Below the pieces are notes generated by a model that did not search any database, was not told the DNA's origin, and saw only the letters and a list, made by a program, of their open reading frames with translations. The translations under genes and the position numbers were made by a program. Below, one piece after another: positions 59,906-64,000 of a stretch of DNA of 64,000 bases (positions are counted from its first letter, which is position 1; the number at the start of each line of letters is the position of its first letter). Location of the stretch: contig NC_068984.1 of the NCBI RefSeq assembly GCF_001194135.2, positions 40,154,852 to 40,218,851 of the forward strand, given 5' to 3'. The stretch comes from Octopus bimaculoides (Eukaryota).

Positions 59906-62849
59906 CATTCAATTTACATTCTATTCAATTTGCTTTGGACACTAATATTAGTTGATTTATAAGCAGAGTGTGTTCATGGATAACCTTTCACCTGTCTAGT
60001 GTATTGCATATGATACACAGGACATATTTTCTCTGATGTCCATGTATCATATATGATACACATCCTTAATTCTTTTTCAGTTATCAGTGTAACTTTGGAC
60101 TTATGAAGGGAAAGCATTTTATCACTCAGAATATATGAAACAAAGGCTGAATAAAAGTTTTGAAACAAGCATGGATTTTCAGGACAAAAGTAGACAAATG
60201 CTTTGGACAGGCAAAAGATTTAAGGAAAGTGCACAGCTGCTGAGGAAATTCCAAGCAGAAGAAATGTGATATATACAGCTGTTCCTTTTTTTTGTCTGCA
60301 ACCATGATGTGCACATAGACATAATACTTAAATTTGTCATAACATTCAGTGTTGGTTGAAAATTTTCAGAAGTGACATCACCAGTCTTAGTCGTTCCTAT
60401 CGTTATTGTCACAGAAAGTGCCCTGACAAACATTCTCTTAGTGCCAGATCACTTTGTGCTATCTTACCTGACCTAAAATGCACAGTGTCTTCATTCAGAT
60501 GCTGTTGTGTTTCCACAAATAAGGAAGTCTTACTATGGTTGTAGCTTTTTCCTTGAACTGCCAGACTTTGGAACTCTTTTTCATCTTATTCTTTTCTTCC
60601 TCCTCCTTATGACCTGAATTCTTTCAAGTCTAGAGTAAATTTATTCCTTTCATCTTAATTTCTCCTTCTTCATTGTCCCTTACATTAAATGGCTTCTTAC
60701 TTTGTTTGGGACTTTCTTATAAAATAAAGAACAAAAAAACATTTATGTGATATATGCATCCCACATACAGTTTGCTGATACGTGATCAAATACTTGATTA
60801 CAAGTGATGACACCTATTACCTTAAGGTAGTATTAGTAGTAGTAGAAAATTGGATTTCTGGAATCTATGTCTTTCCTTAATAAGTAATAAAGCTGCAATA
60901 TGGAATATTGAACTTGCTTGCTACTTATATTTACTGTTGTAACTCATAAAACTCATATAGCCACACATATTTATTTCTTAAATAATTTTTGCTTTGCAAA
61001 TAATGTATTATGTACCATTGATCCTATTAATGATTATGTGTTGATATGATGCAATAATAATGTTTCACTATTGCTGGACAGGACTATATTGAACAAGGGC
61101 AATGATGGACAGAACTATATTGATAATACAGCCCTTGAAGTTGTCCAAGGGAAGATGTGATCAAAATAATTGGAAGTGATTTGATTAAAGATAGTATAGA
61201 GAATCTATCAACCAGAATAACATTGACATATTAACTTGGGAATTCATATTAGCCCAGGAAAGTGATATGAAAATAAATAATGCAGTGATGCACACAAAAC
61301 TACATTTGTGCATGCAGGAGCACTAACACATACACATAGGCTCCTATAAAAGTTTATGTTTGTGTGCAGGTACATACACACACTCAGATTGGTTACCATT
61401 GCAGGCATTAATGTCGTCATCAGAAGATGCAGTCATATATACATAATCACTTGCACAGAAACACAAATATATTTGTGCATAGGCACACACAATTGGTCAT
61501 TACAGCGAGTGTTAATTACCTGCTTATAACCTAATATTAATGAGTATTTGATGCAAAGCTTATGCAATTAATCACATCAAATAGAAAATGACATTTTCTA
61601 TGGGAAATAATAATAATTAACAACAACAATAATAATGATTTCTTTTATTTGTTACTTAGGTGATGGATGAGTGGTGCATTTACAAAAACAGACATAAAGT
61701 GTAGTGCTGAGGTTGGCATAGAGAATTTATTGGGTGGGTAATAACAACAATTTTTTTTTGAATAGTTTAATAGTTTATCAGACAGGTTTTCTTGAGAAAT
61801 TGATCAAATTTTAAAATTGAGGACAACATAAAATTAAGTTAGAAGTAGTGAATTAGTGTTATAATGAGAACGCTTTTCTTCTGGGGTTTTCTCTTCATCA
61901 TACTGAATGAGAGAAGAAATTTATAATTTTCAATACTTACTAACATAAAGAAGAAAAATATGAGATTATTTGCCTGTTACTATTCCTCCATGTCTTGAGA
62001 ATGAGGAATGGTATTAACAAAAAAGAAAAAAAAAAAGGAGAGAAAAGAAAAGAAAAAAGCCATTTGTTCTTGAATACTGACTTAAGGGCAATGCTAGCAA
62101 TGTAAAAGATTATACTTGAACTGAATGATATGATGCTGAGTAACAGATGACTAACAATCTAGATAAATAGAAAATAAAATTAATGGCATCAGCTACAGAT
62201 GCTGGCAATGGCTATTTGATGCGTTTATTTGAGAGAGAGACATCATTCTGCTTTCTCAGTATCAATGTAGGTGTCTTTGTATAGCAGAATCTCTAGCTGT
62301 GTACACTGAAAAGTTTCTACTGCATCATTGAGAAATTGCTAAGAAGATTTATGGAAGTTAGAAAAAGTAATATTCCCTCAGGGTTATTTGTATGTGGCTG
62401 TTGCTTTATGGGGTTCAGTTTTCTATGAGATGAAGTGAATAATAACTTCGATAATTTTTTTGATTTTTTTTTATAGCATTTGCAAGACTCATCACAACCA
62501 AAACCTCTATTCCTGAGATGCATTGGTTATCACTGTTTAATAAATGTTATGTTGAGAAATTATTAGCAGGAAATAAAGCTTGAAATCCCTCTGCAAATAG
62601 TGATGGAACATGATTGCTAACTTGGCTAATATTTACACAGGAATGGTTTACAAATTTTTTTTCAAACCACTGTTCCATGCGGGCAGACCTTCTCTCTTTC
62701 TCACTTTGACTGTCTCTCTATCTCTCTCTCTCTAGCTATCTCCCACCTTCCTGTCCTTCCTTGTTCTACTGAGGTTGCCAAGTATCTCTTTTATACACAC
62801 ACGTTATTCTCTAATTCCTTGGTTCCACTCTCTCTCTCAGCCGAGAGAG

Positions 62850-63395
62850 TCTTGTCTTGTGAGCTCCCAGTTGCTGGTGTCACATAAAAACGTCCATGCT
62901 GGTGCTACATAAAAATACATCTGTACTGGTGCTACATAAAAAACACCCATACTGGTGTCACATAAAAAACACTCGTATTGGTACCACATAAAAAACTCCT
63001 ATACTGGTGTCACATAAAAAAACACCCATAGTGGCACCACATAAAAAACACTCATATTGGTGTCATGTAAGAAGCACCCATGCTAGTGCCATGTAAAAAA
63101 TACCTGTACAGGTGCCACATAAAAGCACCCACACTGGTGCCTCATAAAACGTACCCATGCTTGTGCTATTTAAAAAGCACCTGTGCTGGTGCCATGTAAA
63201 GGGCACCCATATTGGTTCCATGTAAAAAGCACCCAGTACACTCTGTAAAATGGCCTTAGGAAGGCGTCCAACTAGAAACCAAGCTGATATAGACAACTGG
63301 AGCCTGGTGCAGCTCTCTGGATTGCACAGCTTCTATCAGGCTGTCCAACCCGTGCCAGCATGGAAAACAGGCATTAAATCATGATGATGATGATG
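62850..63395 (+). mobile_element. RTE-tail SINE-like element with an internal array of about 14 units of 25-27 bp
   Basis: units like TGCTGGTGCCACATAAAAAGCACCCA, followed by gtacactctgtaaa...ggaaggcgtcc...gcatggaaaacaggcattaaatcatgatgat. Confidence 0.8.
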
Positions 63396-64000
63396 ATTCT
63401 TCAAATCTGTTATGTTTAAAGTTTTATTTAATATAAAAATATTTATTTGATAATTGTACTCGTTTCTGTCATGAGATACTTTAGTGCATCTATTTTGAAA
63501 ACTTCAGGCTGTGAGATATATATATATATATCCTATATACATTTATATGATAACATTAGATCTTTTCCCATGGGTGGCTTCTGCATGAAGAACACACAGT
63601 TAAGTGTGGGTTAATACTTTATGCAGTGAGCTGAGTCATCATAGCTGTCAAAGATTCATTTCCCTACAATGTCACCCATTTAAGTTTTGGTCAAATGAAA
63701 TTCCAGTTCTCTCTTGCTTGTCTACTTTGGGATTAACTGGTAAATGCTAATTACTTTACTTATAATTTCAATTGATTAAAAATTATATTTGGCCTACTAC
63801 ATTAAATGGCAGTCTGAATGTAACATGTTATTTATACACAAATTTTTATATACTGTGTTGATGCATAAACATCATAAAAATAATTTAAATGTGGTGTATT
63901 ACTAATCTCGTTAGGAAAGATGTCTCCTGATGAGATATGTAATGTATCGGAATTAAATTAAATATGTATGTTAATTATATAATTAAATAAATGATTTAAA

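Noticed and set aside
60356-60544. Cys-rich 62-aa ORF after a ttttcag acceptor
   Set aside because: No recognisable family or good donor, and it lies next to an old repeat-like segment; not part of RELCH.
61071-61160. LLDRTILNKG... as the next RELCH exon
   Set aside because: No AG acceptor precedes it, similarity stops after four residues, and the frame ends in a stop.
62872-63236. CRISPR-like array (also 11213-11555)
   Set aside because: Units are contiguous with no unique spacers, there are no cas genes, and the context is a eukaryotic intron.

Overview
AT-rich animal genomic DNA, very likely a draft Octopus assembly (inferred from the cephalopod-type tRNA-SINE, RTE and microsatellite landscape), with seven N-gaps. 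The window lies inside one large + strand gene, RELCH/KIAA1468 (LisH and HEAT repeat protein). Nine consecutive GT-AG exons between 2057 and 45480 splice in frame to 316 codons matching the central and C-terminal HEAT region of vertebrate RELCH as I recall it; the gene starts upstream and continues downstream or in a gap. The introns hold several tRNA-derived SINE families, LINE remnants (RTE, RTE-X, CR1/Jockey-like, HERO, R4/Dong) and mariner- and piggyBac-type MITEs. The most interesting signal is a Penelope/retrozyme-like repeat carrying a minimal type I hammerhead ribozyme. It occurs four times: one antisense copy has an intact core (47120-47155), and three sense copies all have core mutations, two of them in a 238-nt tandem. 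Other highlights are a 670-bp direct+inverted insertion with a 13-bp TSD, a 46-bp-stem hairpin, a tail-to-tail SINE hairpin, a PHD-like finger inside an RTE ORF2, and SINE-seeded minisatellites. Family names come from motif recognition by eye, not database searches, and repeat boundaries are approximate.
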